Source: the human T2T-CHM13v2.0 reference genome, Homo sapiens
DNA length: 64,000 nucleotides
Direction: 5' to 3' (one strand)
Assembly: GCF_009914755.1 (NCBI RefSeq)
Contig: NC_060929.1
Shown here: in pieces, positions 31,060 through 57,535 of the stretch
How positions within the stretch are numbered: the first letter of the stretch is position 1
Layout of the letters: every line of letters starts with the position of its first letter
Made by a program: the position numbers and the translations under genes
The notes under the pieces: generated by a model
Told to the model about the DNA's origin: nothing
Seen by the model: the letters and a program-made list of their open reading frames with translations, nothing else
The model's database searches: none

Positions 31060-31499
31060 CTTGTAATTTCTTCCCTTCCTTTCTTCCTTTCTCTTTCTTT
31101 CTTTCTTTTCTTTCTTTCTCTCTCTCCCTTTCTCTTTCTTTCTTTTTCTTTTCTTTCTTTCTTTCTTTTTCTCTCTCTTTCTTTCTTTTTTCCCTCTCTC
31201 CCTTCCTTCCTTCCTTCTTTCCTTCCTTCCTTCCTTTCCTCCCCTCTCCCCACTCCCCTCCTTTCCCCTCCCCTCCCTTTCCTTTCGCCTCCCAGGTTCA
31301 AGTGATTCTCCTACCTCAGGCTCCTGAGTAGCTGGGATTACAGGTGCATGCCACCATGCCCAGATAATTTTTGTATTTTAGTAGAAATGGAGTTTCTCCA
31401 TCTTGGCCAGGCTAGCCTTGAACTTCTGACCTCAGGTGATCCACCCGCCATGGCCTCCCAAAGTGCTGGGATTACAGACATGAACCACCATGCCTGGCC
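31060..31499 (-). mobile_element. Partial Alu with a ~225-bp polypyrimidine (CTTT/CCTT/CCCCT)n tract
   Basis: Almost pure pyrimidine tract 31070-31285 fused to antisense Alu 31285-31499. Confidence 0.9.
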
Positions 31500-32209
31500 A
31501 TTTCTTAGACTAGGGACTTGGCCTTGGCACTGCTGTTTCCCCAGTACCTAAAACTGTGCCTGACACATAGTAGGCTCTTAAAACAATTTGCTGACTGAAA
31601 AAGAAACTCCAGAGTGTATTATTGTCTCTCTGCCAAATGGGATAATGCATGGAAAGCACTCTGAGTGGTGCCTGGCTCGTGGTGAATGGTCAGTATATGG
31701 AAGTAATGGTCACTGCTGTGATGGACCCATCTGTATAGCAGGGAGCTCTGAGAAGGGATATAAAATTCACCCTCCTCCAGCCCTGTCTTATGAGCCAGGG
31801 TGTGGCCCTGGGGGTGACTCTTCCATCCTCAGCCTGGCGCTATGTGTTCCTCCTTCTCAGCCTCCTTCTGCCTTTGTATTGTTTGTTTGCCTCTCTGCTC
31901 CCAGTTGCACAGAGTTCCAGTAAGAACAAGGTGGTGGCATCTTTTGGTCCTCCTCTACAGCACCCTGTGTACAGGGCTGGGGGACAGGGCTTCTCTTCCC
32001 AGTGAGTTCTGAGAGTGCCCAGAGGAACTAAAGTCTGGGGCAACACCGTTACTTGCTCCGTTTCTTGCATGACCTTGACCTTGACAGCTAGCCTTGGTAT
32101 CTGACGGTAACTTTATCCAAGTTAGGAAGCATTTCACTCAGAAACAAGAAGAAAAAGAACAAAGAAAAAAAGAAAAGAAAAGATTTCAGAATATTGAAAG
32201 GCAATCTAA

Positions 32210-32525
<316 letters not shown>

Positions 32526-33234
32526 CAACCTAAATTCTTAAAATGGATTTATGATAGGATTTAAAAAAGAGACTGTCCACTCAAAGTTAGAGTACTGTTC
32601 CATGTCTTTTTTTGTTTAACCGTTTAGTATATGTACTTTCCCATGGCTGATGGTCAGCCCTGTGGGCAGCCATTTTGTCTGTGGTCTCAACAAACAGGAA
32701 GTTCCCATGTGGGGAGATGCCTGAACTGGGAAGAGCATGGCTCTGGGGATATCACCTGGGTGAGGAGTGGGAGCCTTTGCCCTTTGCCCTAGGAAAACAA
32801 AAAGGAAATCTCTACTGTGACTACAAAATAAGCTCTTCTAGAGAAATCTGCACCATTTGCTGTCTTTAAGGTGTTGGGTCTCAGAAAATAACACCCCAAA
32901 ATGAAGGCCTCAGAAACAACATCAGGAACAAAAGTTTTTCTCTGACCTTCTCCTGCCGTCCTGTCTCCCCAGTCCCATTCTAGCCTTAGAAACTAGGATC
33001 CCTCTTCCCTAATGTGATTCATAGCAACCAGAGTCCCTTTTCCCTAAAGCCAGCCATAAAACTTGAAAATATTATTCTAACTTTCTCCCCACTTTTCTGT
33101 GTAAAAAACTGGCCGTAAAGAAATGGTCTGACCTACCTTGTTTGATTGCAGGTCATAAGACCCCCATTGTAGAGAGGGTCCTGCCTCACACCAGAAGGAA
33201 AGAATGCTGCTCAGAGACGCCAAGAAGAATCTAG

Positions 33235-33465
<231 letters not shown>

Positions 33466-33611
33466 TAGACAGGGTTTCACCATGTTGGTCAGGTTGGTCT
33501 CAAACTCCTGACCTTGAGTGATCTGCCCTTCTAGGCCTCCTAAAGTGCTGGGATTACAGCACGAGCCACCATGCCCAGCCAGAGCATATCTTTTTGGTCC
33601 AATCGTATTTC

Positions 33612-37038
<3,427 letters not shown>

Positions 37039-37514
37039 TGAAGCTAAGCATAAAAATGCACAATTTCCTCTGTATCTTTGGGTCTTCTTTATGAAAGCTC
37101 CTGTGTATACATGTTAAATAAATTGGTACACCTTTTCTCCAATTAATCTGCCTTTTGTGAGTTGATTTTTCAGTGAATCTTCAGAGCCAAAGGTCCTCCT
37201 GGTCCCTACAAAGGTCTTCGTTTTTCTAGCAAGTGGCCTATTAGCTTCTAACTTCCAACATGCAGTTTCTGATAGCTGTTAGATTCTGAACAAATTGCTG
37301 ATTCAATTTTGCTCCTGATTCACCCACATGGAGTAGCCCCTTATGTGCTTCCCCTTCCCCCACCCCCAAAATCCTGGGTCTCCAGGATCAGTTCACAGAG
37401 GGAGAGTGGCATAAACCACTTTTTTTGAAACCTCAAAGATTTGCATACTTCATGATATTTTTTCTCTATGTACCATTTGTGTCATTATTTACTCAATATT
37501 TTTCTTTACGGATT

Positions 37515-40044
<2,530 letters not shown>

Positions 40045-41730
40045 CAGCAGTATAGTTTTGAATTGCAAATAATTCTAATCATTTTCTTCCCTTTGCAAGG
40101 TAACAAACACCCACCTAGAAGATACACATAGGCAAAAAGAAGACAGTAAAAATACTCATCATCTCAAGCAAATCACTGTTAACATTTGATATATATCCAT
40201 CTGCATGTGTATCAGTGTGTAAACTGACAAAAATGGCAACATACTACAATATTTTTTCTAACAATCTACCATGACCATCTTTCCATGTCTATGAATATTT
40301 ATATACAGCATAATTTTTTAAAGCCAAATAATGTTCCGTCATATGGCTGTCCATAATTTAATCCTCTTATTCTTGAGCATTTAGACTATTGCCAATTTTT
40401 CACTATTATAAACACATTTATAATGAGTATCTTGCCACTAAATCTTTGCTTATGTCCTTTAAAATTTCCAGGAGTGGAGCTGCTTGTTAAACGGCTGGTA
40501 TGCATGATTTGAAGGCTGCCAAGCTGTCCTCCCAAGCAGCTGCCTCCCCACCCTTGAGACAAAAACCTATTTCTAACCAACAATTGCCAGTTTGAAGAGG
40601 ATCCTCTCTAGAACACAGGATTGCTCCTTCTCACGTGCAGGAGGCACTCCTTCCCCAAGAATGCGAAGTAAATCTATAACACAAAAGCACAGTCAGGCCA
40701 GGTGTCTTTGGGGCCGAGCAGGAGCTGTTGGGTTTCCGGAGAAGTCTAGGAAGGGAAATGTGGATCTGTGAGAGGGCAGATGCTAACCAAGTAAGTCGAA
40801 GACGCCAGAGGGGTCTCTCAGGTGAGGTCTACAGAGAGAGGTCAGGGAATAATAGTACATTGTGACTTGGCAGCTGTTGGTTCTGACAATCCATATTCCC
40901 AACAGCTCTCCTTGATCTCTATCCATTTATGTGGGAAGTTTTGCTGTATGAAAGGGGGAAGAAATGTCTGGAAGTAGATGGAAGTACTTGTGCCCCCTAC
41001 TCACTCCTTCAGACTCGACATAAGCACTCTATAAAGAGAGGGACTTAGAGCAAGAATAAGCTGATGGAACAATTCAAGATGGGACTTCCCAAAATTCAGG
41101 GCCAGGCAGAGCTGCTTGAGAGCCCAGGCAAGCTGGTGTAGCTCAGAGGGAGCCAATCCAGTCCCCAGCTCTGCATGAAATGCTCTGCCTTGGGGCCCAG
41201 AAAAGCCACAGGCCCCTCATGATGGTTAAGGCAGAGGTGATGCCTTTCCAAGGGGATTCAGGGGCACAGACATGCAGAAATGGGGCCAAAGATTAAAAAA
41301 AGGCTAGAGGCTGCCTGGTGACTCCAGGGATAGACTGGTTTTGCGTGCCCTTGTGAGGCTCCTCTCAGGGACTCACAGAAAGAAATGGGACACTCTGAGG
41401 AAGGCAGAGGTCCCACTGTTGCACAGGTGGGGGCTGTGGAGCCAGCAGCCTAATGGGCTGCAGGAAGAAACGTGCATGCTGCATGAGAACACGTGGTGAC
41501 TCCTGGAGGAACATGACTGGGCAGACCCTGCTAATGGTTCCCCAATGTCCATTCTCTGAGTCTTCCTTCCAGGGAGAGGCTGTCTCACCTTGAGGTTAGC
41601 CACTCTCCAGGAGGCAATATCTTTCTGCTTCTCTTTAGCTAGGTGTGGCCACGTGACTAGATCTGGCCAATGGGATGTGAGCGCAGAAGTGACGCATTCA
41701 CCCTCTGGGTCATGGCACTGAAAGGAAACT

Positions 41731-42019
41731 GGGCCAGGCGTGGTGGCTCACACCTGTAATCCCAGCACTTTGGGAGGCCAAGGCAGGTGGATGACAAGGT
41801 CAAGAGATCGAGACCATCCTGGCCAACATGGTGAAACCCCGTCTCTACTAAAAATACAAAAATTAGCCGAGTGTGGTGGCACATGCCTGTAATCTCAGCT
41901 ACTCAGGAGGCTGAGGCAGGAGAATCTCTGAACCCGGGAGGCGGAGGTTGCAGTGAGCCGGGATTAGGCCACTGCACTCCAGCCTGGCAACAGAGTGAGA
42001 CTCCGTCTCAAAAAAAAAA
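41731..42019 (+). mobile_element. Alu (AluSc-like) with TSD aaggaaactg
   Basis: Sense Alu inside a probable MLT1 LTR fragment. Confidence 0.92.
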
Positions 42020-42160
42020 GGAAGGAAACTGTTTATACTTTATTTTATCTCTTTCTATAAATTAGAATGTGGACATGGTAGAGCAGAATTGTCTACCTTG
42101 TGAATGAAGGTAACACTCTAGAGCAGAGTGATGATGGAAATACTACATATCTTATACATC

Positions 42161-42315
42161 TGCACTATCCAACATAGAACCACTAGCCACATGTGACTAT
42201 TAAGCACTTGAAATATGACAAGTGCAACTGATAACTTGAATCTTTCATTTTATTTAATTTTAAATAAGTAAAAGAGCTACCTGTGGCTAGTGTCTGCAGA
42301 TTTGGATAGCGTGGC
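42161..42315. mobile_element. MER3-like hAT MITE
   Basis: Palindromic ends ctatccaa...ccactagccacatgtg / ctacctgtggctagtg...ttggatag. Confidence 0.75.
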
Positions 42316-42473
42316 TCTTGGAGATGGCAGAGCAACAAGATAGGAGGCATCTGGGTGCCTGAGGCCCCCTCAGGAAACAGAGCCTCACCTTTCCTCTAGG
42401 CTTCCTAGGCTCAGACTTTTACATGGCAGAGATATAAATATCTTTTTTTTTATAAAGATATATAAAAATAACT

Positions 42474-42755
42474 TTTTTTTTTTTTTTTGACAGAGTCTCG
42501 CTCTGTCACCCAGGCTGGAGTGCAGTGTGTGATCTCGCCTCACTACAACCTCCACCTCCTGGGTTCAAGCAATTCTCCTGTCTCAGTCTCCCAGGTAGCT
42601 AGGATTACAGGTGCCCAGCTAATTTTTGTATTTTTAGTAGAGACAGGGTTTCGCCATGTTGGCCAGGCTGGTCTCGAACTCCTGACCTCAGGTGATCCAC
42701 CCCCCTCGGCCTTCCAAAGTGCTGGGATTACAGTTGTGAGCCACCGCGCCTGGCC
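42474..42755 (-). mobile_element. Alu (AluSx-like)
   Basis: Antisense Alu. Confidence 0.92.
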
Positions 42756-43125
42756 ATATCTACCTCTTCAAAACTGTTTTTATTTGGTCTTATTAAAACA
42801 GCTGAACAAACGTCTCAACTAATATGACTTACTGCAGATCAGGGAGATTTTACAGAATGGTCTAACTAGAATTTTTAGGTGATGCAAATAGCACAAGCAG
42901 AATGTAATGAAAGGTAGGAGGTGAGAAAAATAAGAGATAGACGGAAACTCACCACAGACTAATTGATTCATTCAACGAATATCCTATAACCATTGTATTG
43001 ACTATTGTTTCATAGCAAACTGTCCCACCACTTAGCAGCTTAAAATAACAAACACGTATTATTTCATAATTTCTCTGGGCCAGGAATTCAGGAGTGGTTT
43101 AGCTGGGTAATTACAGCCCAAGGTC

Positions 43126-43853
<728 letters not shown>

Positions 43854-44100
43854 TGACTGGGGCTGCAGTCATCTGAAAGCTTGACAAGGGCTACAGATCC
43901 ACTTATAAAAGGTGCACTTTCATGGCTGTTGGCTGGGGGGCCTCAGTTCCTCCTATATGGATCTTTCCCATAGGACTGCTTGAGTGTCCCCAGGGGTGGG
44001 TGATTCAAGACAGCAAGAAGCAAGTTGCATGCCTTTTATAATATGACTTAGTCTCAGAAATCACACATCACTTACACAATCCATAATATTTTAGTCATTA

Positions 44101-45405
<1,305 letters not shown>

Positions 45406-47134
45406 AAAAAAATTGAAGTAGAAAGGATATTAAAATATGACACTGAAGCTTAGGCAACACCAAAGAAAAGACTGATAGACGTGATTACATATGCAAATTA
45501 AATACTTCAGAAGAGAAAAAAACAAGTCAAAAGACAAATGAAAACTGAAGAGAAATATTTGCAACCTATAAGACAGACAAGAACTAAACCCTTAAATAAA
45601 GAACTTTTACAATTTCATGCAAAAACAACAACAACAAAAGGACTCCAAAACATGTCCCAGCAGTATGTCTCCTTCCCTGGGTAACTAGATTGTAACTGTG
45701 GAAGACAGCATTGTGTCTGAAATGTCTTCCTACTGCTCACAGAATGTTACACATTGTCAGTACTCAGATCGAGTCTGTTGATTGCAGCTCTTTATACCAC
45801 TTCCAAAAATTCCTGTGCTTGTTTCTGTTCCTCCCCTCAAGTACTCTCCTCTTGTCTCTCTCAGAGCAATGTCATTAAGATGCTTCCTGTGCAATCTGTG
45901 ACTCACAGCTAGATTATGGCACAGGCAGTGCTGATTTCAGCAAGAAACTGTCCCCAAGGCATAGATTGCGTTCCTGCAATGATGCCCAAAGAGAAAATTA
46001 AAACAGGAAAGTCTTTGCATTCATTCAGCACCTCATTCTTAGACCCTTACTATGTATCTGGAGCTGTATTTTTTATCTGAGTTGGTGCTCATGAGGGAGA
46101 GTGCAGCCAAGAGACCTGGTCGGGGGGAAAGGATGCTGGGCCAGGAGATCTGGATATAAGTGCTGGCTCTGCCGCCTGTGCTCTGGAGGACCAGATGGGT
46201 CCCTTCCAGCACTTGGCCTCAGTTTCTCCCTCTGTAGAACAACTGAGGGAACTAAGTGGTCCCATGGGCTCCTCCAGCTCTGACATCTGAGGATTCAGCT
46301 CATTTCCTCTTTTTAAAGTGTAGACTCTAATATCTGGTTTAATCATAATTGAGAAGTGTTTTGAAGTCCCTTAAGAGTCCTTGTCAGATTTTGGAACCCA
46401 CTGAGAGTAAGGAAAATGTTTTCAATTACTGAAGTTATTCCTCCATTTTCTAAAAAAGACTGCTCTACTCACTTGGAAAAAGTAAAATTGCACAGATTGT
46501 AATGACTAGGGAGGCGGTAATGCGGTTAAGTGCTGGGCCTGCCCTGGTCTTCAGGTTCGCTGTGGTGGTGCATGTTGCACTGTAATTTGGAAAGTGCCTG
46601 TTGGGTTTTCAGGGGCTCAGTATTCTCTACTACTCCAGGAGTCTGTCCAGAGCAGGGCTGCCTCCAGACCTAGACAGAGTAAGCTCTGGAGTTGATTTCC
46701 AGCTCTTCCTGTCCCCAAATATCCTTCTACCTGTCTGCCATGGTGTCTGAAGTTCCTATCATTGGAGCTTCTCCTTTAAATTAAGATTTTTGGCAGCAAT
46801 TAATTCTGGCTCCCCAGTGTGTAACTCCCACCACCTACTTCCACACATCCATTCCTCTTCTTCTGATCTGACCACAGAGACAGGCATGGGAGCCAGCTTG
46901 GGCCAAACATTAGACTTCATTTTCCTGGACACATGATTGGTCCAGGGATGGGCATGGCATAACCAATGCAGGGAGAGAGAGGGTCCCTGTCCCTGTGTTA
47001 CTAAGCTGGGAGGGTGTTAGTCTGAGTCTTCTGCCAGCCATCATTCTTACAAGGAAAGAAACTGACTATGGAATGAGGCCAGGCAGAGGCAACAGAGATG
47101 AGTGGTGGAGAGAGAGCCATAGAAAGAGGGCACC

Positions 47135-47430
47135 AGGCTGGGCGTGGTGGTCCATGCCTGTAATCCTAGCACTTTGGGAGGCTGAGGCCAGCAGTCACTT
47201 GAACTCAGGAGTCTGAGAACAGCCTGGGTAACAGGGTGAAGCCCTGCCTCTACAAAAAATATAAAAATTAGCAGAGCGAGCTGGTGTGCGCATATAGTCC
47301 CAGCTACTCAGGAGGCTGAGGTAGGAGGATTGCTTGAGCCTGGGGGGCAGAGGTTGCAGTGAGCTGAGATTGTGTCACTGTACTCCGGCCTGGGTGACCA
47401 AATGAGACATCGTCTAAAAAAAAAAAAAGA
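47135..47430 (+). mobile_element. Alu (AluJ/S)
   Basis: Sense Alu inside an MLT1-like LTR fragment. Confidence 0.9.
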
Positions 47431-47839
47431 AGAAGAAGAACAACAACAACAACAAAAGGGGCACCCAAAGAAACAAGAGAGGGAGGGAAGGGAGGGGTTG
47501 GGGGGTGGAGTGGGGGGGGGAGAGAGAGAGAGGGAGAGAGAAATTTACCCTGAAGTCTTTGTTCCTATAACTCCCCCTTAAAGTCTATAAGCTACCCCAT
47601 TATCCTTCTAGCTACATAAGTAAATAAATTCTCTTTTTGCTTCAGACCACTTGGATTTGAGAGAGTCCTGATTAATTGTCTCTCCAGGAGGCTCTTCTTG
47701 AACTGCAAATGTGTTATCTAGAAGGGATGACACATGGAATCAGTAATGTTGATGAGCTTTTCATATAAGCTGTGAATAGTACATAGAACAGATAAGTTTT
47801 GACAAGGAAGATAAAGTAAGGGCATTGCTAGAGAAATCA

Positions 47840-49059
<1,220 letters not shown>

Positions 49060-50739
49060 TGACTCTGATTCTCCTTTAGACATCCCTCCCCCAGCCCCAC
49101 TTCCACACTTAGTCCTCCAAAATACTTAGAATCTTTGGGACACTGCCTGGTATGAATAAGATCTGGGGCTAATTTCCCTTTCAAAGGAGCTGGACCCTTT
49201 TTTACTCGCTCAGCTATTTTGCTGGGGGTAAAGGACCGGTCTTATCAACTCAAAAGGGACAGGCAGCAGTGGACTGAAACTAATCCACAATTTTGTTTAA
49301 ATTTACTTGTCAAAAGCAGAAATATTCAATTTCATGGATACTCCCAATTCCCTGCACTGGGAGCAGACTTCCAGGAAGCAATTATGTAGTATAAAACGTA
49401 ATGGGCAACAGGGGGTGCCTGGTGAATTATTCATAATCTGATAATGATTTTAACCCATTTTTAACATGACCTGCTATTGGTGTTAGCTTCTGGAAAGTTC
49501 TCAAAGTAAACAACACAGAGGTTTTCTTTAGTTATGTTTATATAACCATAAACCTCCTGCCTCTCCCTGAAACTACCTGAATAATTAAAATCAAAAGAGG
49601 CCTGGGGACCCTTTTCCTGCCCAAGTCTACAAGGCAGAGGTAAAGGCTGCTTTACGGCCTTCATCTAGCACAGCCATCACTGCTCACTGCAGCCTTCTCA
49701 GGGAGGTTGGTGTGGCATCATGCCCAGCATAGTGCCTGGCACCAAGAAGGCACACAATACTCATCTGTTTTTGATTGCTGAATGAATGAATGAATGAATG
49801 AATGATAGAAAGAATGAGATATTTGTGCTAAGGAAGAGTTGGGCCAGTCGTTTTGCTGCTTACCAGCTGATCTGAGCAAATGTCTTGCCCTCAATTTCTT
49901 TATCTACAAAATGAAGACAATAATACCTGCCCTGCTGAGTTACTGGAAGAATTTGAGAAGATAAATGCTCAATAAGCAATAGATGTTATTATGGTCTCTC
50001 TTTCTAATAGCAGCCCTATAACTTCCCCACATTTGATTAACTATGAGTCAGCAGAAGCTTACTTAGGAGCCAAAGTTTCCCCAACCTGGCTGTGTATCTG
50101 AAACACCTGGGGAGGTTTGTAAGACATAAATTTGCAGGTTTTTCCTCCAGGGATTCTGATTCAGTATGGATTCAGTAGGGTGGGGCCAGAGAATGTATTT
50201 TTTTAGTTTTGTTTTTAAAATTAAGGTAAAATTGCAAACCATGAAATGCAAAAATCTTCAGAGTATAACTGGATGAATTTAAACAAATGTATACACTTGC
50301 ATGTCCAACACCCCAATGAAATATAGAACATTTCCGTGACCCCAGAAGATTTCCCCTTCTGCTCAACCCCTATCCTGCATAGACAACCACTGTTCTGATT
50401 TCTGACACCACAGAGTACTTTTGCCTGTTCTTTAAAGTAGTATTAATGGAATCATACAATATGCATTCTTTTCTGTTCACAGTTTCACTTACATCAAAAA
50501 AAAAAAAAAGAAAAAAATCATTTTTCTATGTGCCTGGTTTCTTTTGCTTCTCTTATGTTTCTGGGAATCAGCCATGTTGCTGCGTGTGTCATATCAACAG
50601 TACAGTCCTTGTTACTGCCAAATCATATTCAGCTATCTGGCTATTTCTCAATTTGTTTATCTCTTCATCTATATGGGCCTTTGAGGTTTGTTTCAGGCTA
50701 TCATGAATAAAGCTACTATAAATATGTTTTCATTTATCA

Positions 50740-51640
<901 letters not shown>

Positions 51641-52414
51641 AAAGTGTTCTAGTACATAGTGGTAAAAATAAAACTAGTACATTAAATATGTGATTTCTTG
51701 GACATACTGCCTGGCATGAAGCCAAGTTGAAAAGCGAATTCAATTTTCAGAAGCATACTAAGTATATAAAAAATACAGGTGACACCCAGGTATGACAAAA
51801 ATTATGATGGTGGATATGAGTGGCTGAGATGATAGAAAATTACACCAGTCAAACCATGCATTTAACAGATGAGGAATCTGAGGCCCTGCCATGCAAGAGA
51901 CTTACTCAAGGTCAGACCTCATCAGGGCTAAAAACAGATGACAAAATTCCCTGGTTCCTGGCCCAGTGCTTACTCCAATATGCCTGCTACTGCCCTCTTG
52001 TGAGAAGGGGAAGAGATCTCAACACCCATGCAGCCTAGCCCCTAGATTCAAAGTCAAATGCATTTTCAGAAATAGCCTGCAGTTTGCTTAGAGTTAATAA
52101 GGTAGAAGGAGATTTCTAAGGAATGAACACCAAGATCTTGGTAATTCTCTTCATATGAATTCTCTGGGGGAGCAAAGTGTGCATCTGGGTTCCTACCACT
52201 GCCTCCCATCCCTCCAGAAGACTGCAAATGGCCCCTCGGACAAAGCCAGCAGACCCATGCTTGAGTGCCCCGGGCAGAGCGTCTACCCCTGCATAGGCCC
52301 TGGGAGGCCACATAGAGGGCCTTGATTGTTCATAGAAACCACTTCAAGCAGCTGGAAAGGTGTAAGGGCACACCTTCTCAGATGCCTGTCTCAAATTCTT
52401 TTTCTTTTCTTTTT

Positions 52415-52551
52415 TTAAAAATTATTATTTTTTTAGAGTTGGGGGTCTTACTGTGTTGGCTAGGCTGGTCTTGAACTCCTGGGCTCAAGTGATCCTTGCC
52501 CTTGATCTCCCAAAGTGCTGGGCTTATAGGCGTGAACCATCATGCCCAGCC
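52415..52551 (-). mobile_element. FLAM-type Alu monomer with TSD
   Basis: TSD ctcagatgcctgtc at 52377-52390 and 52551-52564. Confidence 0.88.
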
Positions 52552-53060
52552 TCAGATGCCTGTCATCTTTGAATCTTTATGGATCCAATAGGGAGACTCA
52601 GAGGAGATGACTCTTAGAATTTTAGCATTTTCAGATCCCATAGCTCTGAGAGGCAAAAGGGTAGGCTCTGGAAATGCAAGCATGCACTTGAACTTCTTCA
52701 GCTGGAAAATAGAACCCACAATGGGAGTGACTCTCTCCATGTTTCATAAGTCTTTCTCTTCTCCCATCTGTGTCTCTTGCTGAGGTGTCCCCCACCTCTA
52801 CAGTCTGGGAGCCATTCATTCTTCCTTTGTGTTACTGTCAGGGTTTGGGCTGGTATGTAGCTTGTTGAACCCATCCCTCAAAGGAAGGCTAAGGGATCTG
52901 AGCATGCAGCACTGATCTAACCCCAAAGGATATATAGCGAGTTATACCACATACAAGTTTTTCCCAATCAACCTTACAAAAGCTCAGCATTGAGGGGAGC
53001 AGCCCTTTATCCTGGGGCCACATCAGGATATATGAACTCTCCCACTCCCACTCCTGTCCT

Positions 53061-53416
53061 TGCCATGGTTTGCATGTGTCTCCCCAAAAAGCATTGTATT
53101 GGAAACTTAATCCACGGTGCCACAGTGTTGGGAGATGGGGCCTAATGGGAGATGTTTAGGTCATGAAGGCTCCACCCCCATGAATGAATGAATGCCAATT
53201 ATAAAAGGGCTTGAGGCTGCAAGTTCCATCTCTTGCTCTTTGGCTCTCTCCCACACTTTCTTGCTTTCCACCTTTTGCCATGGGAACAAGAAGGCCTTTG
53301 CTACACTCAGGACCCTTGACCTTGGACTTCCCAGAACAGTAGAAATAAACCTATGTTCTTTATAAATTACTCAATCTTAAGTATTCTATTGTAGTAGCAC
53401 ACAACAGACTAAGATA
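53061..53416 (+). mobile_element. MST-family MaLR solo LTR
   Basis: tgccatggtttgcatgtgtctcccc...ggaaacttaatcc...aaataaac...ttataaattactcaatc...cagactaagata. Confidence 0.85.
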
Positions 53417-54060
53417 GGAGACATAGTAAAATATAACACATCTAAGTTTCCCCAATCAACCTTACAAGAGGGGGAAAGCACTTTATTGAATATTGAGTGG
53501 GACAGCACTTTATCCTGGGGCCACATCAGAGTGCATGTGTGAACCCTGCTCCATCCCACCTCCTGTGTTTGCTGTGGTCTTTGGGAATAGGACCCCTAAG
53601 AATTTGAGAGCAGATAAATTTTAAAAAATAACTACAGCTCCAAAGCTTCTCCTGTCCTTTGGAGGCTCACAATGAAGATTCCTTTGTTTAGCAAAGCACT
53701 TAATGTATTTTGAGACTATGCCAAGGTAGGCTCAGGAGTTTGATTTGGATGGAAGCTGAAAACTGAATACTTCTGCATTAGAAAGTAACAAGGAATTTCA
53801 GGGTGCACCCTGGGGGAGAAGTCAATGAGCAAACAATGCAACATCCTTAGTCTGAGCCCTGGAAGACTGAGAAATGATTCTGTTGGAGCATAAGTTGGTC
53901 TTGTGAGCTATGGGATGTTCCCCATCTGTCACCCCCAGACCTTCAGTAAAACCTGCTGTATACAGTAGCCTGGTGTTGGTGGTGACTTGGGGTCATGCAT
54001 GAAGTGAGTGGGACTCACTTGAGGTCAACCTCAAAGACTGACCTTAAGAGTCGGGACTGA

Positions 54061-55330
<1,270 letters not shown>

Positions 55331-56229
55331 AAAATTAAAAGAAAAGAAAAGCTGCTGCAAGGAGAGGAAAGGAAGCTGACGTCTGAGAGGGATGCAGAGA
55401 GAAGAGACGATAACTGAGTCTTGGTGACTTTCAGGCCTCAGAGCTCCAGCTGCAGCTCTGCCCAGAGCACCCTTTTCCCTAAGCTGCTGAACTTTGGTCT
55501 CTGCCACTTGCATCCAAAGTGCCCAATGGACACCAAGCACCTCCTCCTCACCCCCTTCATCTGGTGAACCCCTCTGGCTGGAAGTGGGGAGCTTGAGTGA
55601 GGACAGAAGCAAGTGTCCATCCCAGAATTGGGGTCCCTCATTTCTTTCTCTTCACCGTGCTTAACATGATCCAAAATTACATGTATTTACTTAATTGCTT
55701 ACGTGTTTACATTGATCACCCCTGCACCCCCCAAAAATGTAAAGTTCCATTTTGTCTTGTTTAACTTGGTATCCCTAGTGCCTGGCACATCATAGGTGCT
55801 CATGAGTCATTGAATGAACAAATGAATGTACAAAGAAGATGGCTTGAAATCAGACCACTGAGACCCCCAACGAGGTCACAATTGCAGGAGAAACATCTCA
55901 GTGCCAGGCACTGAGCCTGGGATGTTTGAAATTTCTGTGCCCAAGCTGTGTGCCCTTTGGGGCGTGTGTGTATGCTGGGTACAAGGCCAGATACACAATC
56001 AATGCTATAGAAACCACAGATAAAGGGCCAGGGAGCTGAGTGTGACAATGGGCTGTTGGGAGAAGTTCCATGCAGATTACAAAGGGTTCAGAAAGGACAG
56101 GGGCATTGAAAGGCAGCTGTAATTAGAAAGCATAGGCATTCAAAGCTGCCTGGAGGTCAGAGGAGCTGGGCTGGCAGGCTGGGGAGATCGGGCAGGAAAT
56201 GGGCACGGAAGCCCTGCAGTTCAGGGCTG

Positions 56230-56540
56230 ACATAATTGGACAGAGAGCGGCAGCCAGTTACCATGGTAACAGCCAATCCGAGTGGCCGCGTATGTGGCAA
56301 GGAGTCAAGGTTTCTAAAGAAGGGGCTAAAAATGCTGCCTTTGTTCCCACTTTGAGCGAGTTGCCATCAGATCCCTGTGGGGGTGACGTGGCATGGGGAC
56401 AGAGCCAACAACTGCTAGCCACCATGGCTGGGAGGGAGCCACGTGAGGACCCAGGGGACTGGCTGGGGCTGGGGAAGCTAAATATGTCATTCCATGGAGC
56501 TGGCTGTGCCTCCCAACATAAAGCAGCGGCCAATGGCCTG
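56230..56540. promoter_or_regulatory. RFX X-box / CCAAT / CRE-half / E-box cluster
   Basis: Perfect palindrome GTTACCATGGTAAC at 56257-56270 abutting AGCCAATC; ATTGG 56235-56239; TGACGT 56384-56389; CACGTG 56440-56445; CCAAT 56530-56534. Confidence 0.6.
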
Positions 56541-57050
56541 GGATTCAGAGTCTGAGAGTCCAGGGCTCAGATTGCAGCGTGGCCTCTTAGCAGCTATGTG
56601 ACCTCAGTTTCCTTACATACAAAATGGGACTACTAACACCTTTTTCGCAGGGCGGTTGTAAGGATGGAGAGAAGTGATGCATGTCACACATTCACTTAGT
56701 GAGTGGTAGATGCTGTTGTTGTTATTCTGACAGACAACAACAGCAGCTCCTCCAAAAGGCTCTTAGCTTCTGGGGAGTAAAAGGCAGGTTTTGCTTCTTC
56801 AGGAGTTTCTTTAGGGGTACCAAAAAGGCAGTTGATAGAAACTAAAAAACTCCAGGAGGTGACCAGCTAGACTAACCAAGTGGTATTTAAAAAGAAAACA
56901 TTCTTTAGGCAGGCTTGAGAGCTGTGAGATATCAGAGAATCCTGCTCCTTTGTTCTTTTGTCCAATTTGTGGGCCTGGACAGGACACAAAGACAAGGCCA
57001 TCCCTCCCCTCTCCTTCCACAGTGCGGAGAGAAAGCAGAGAAGATCCTGA

Positions 57051-57535
<485 letters not shown>

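Noticed and set aside
30954-31305. Lys/Glu/Arg-rich and Phe/Leu/Ser-rich ORFs
   Set aside because: Translations of the polypyrimidine tract.
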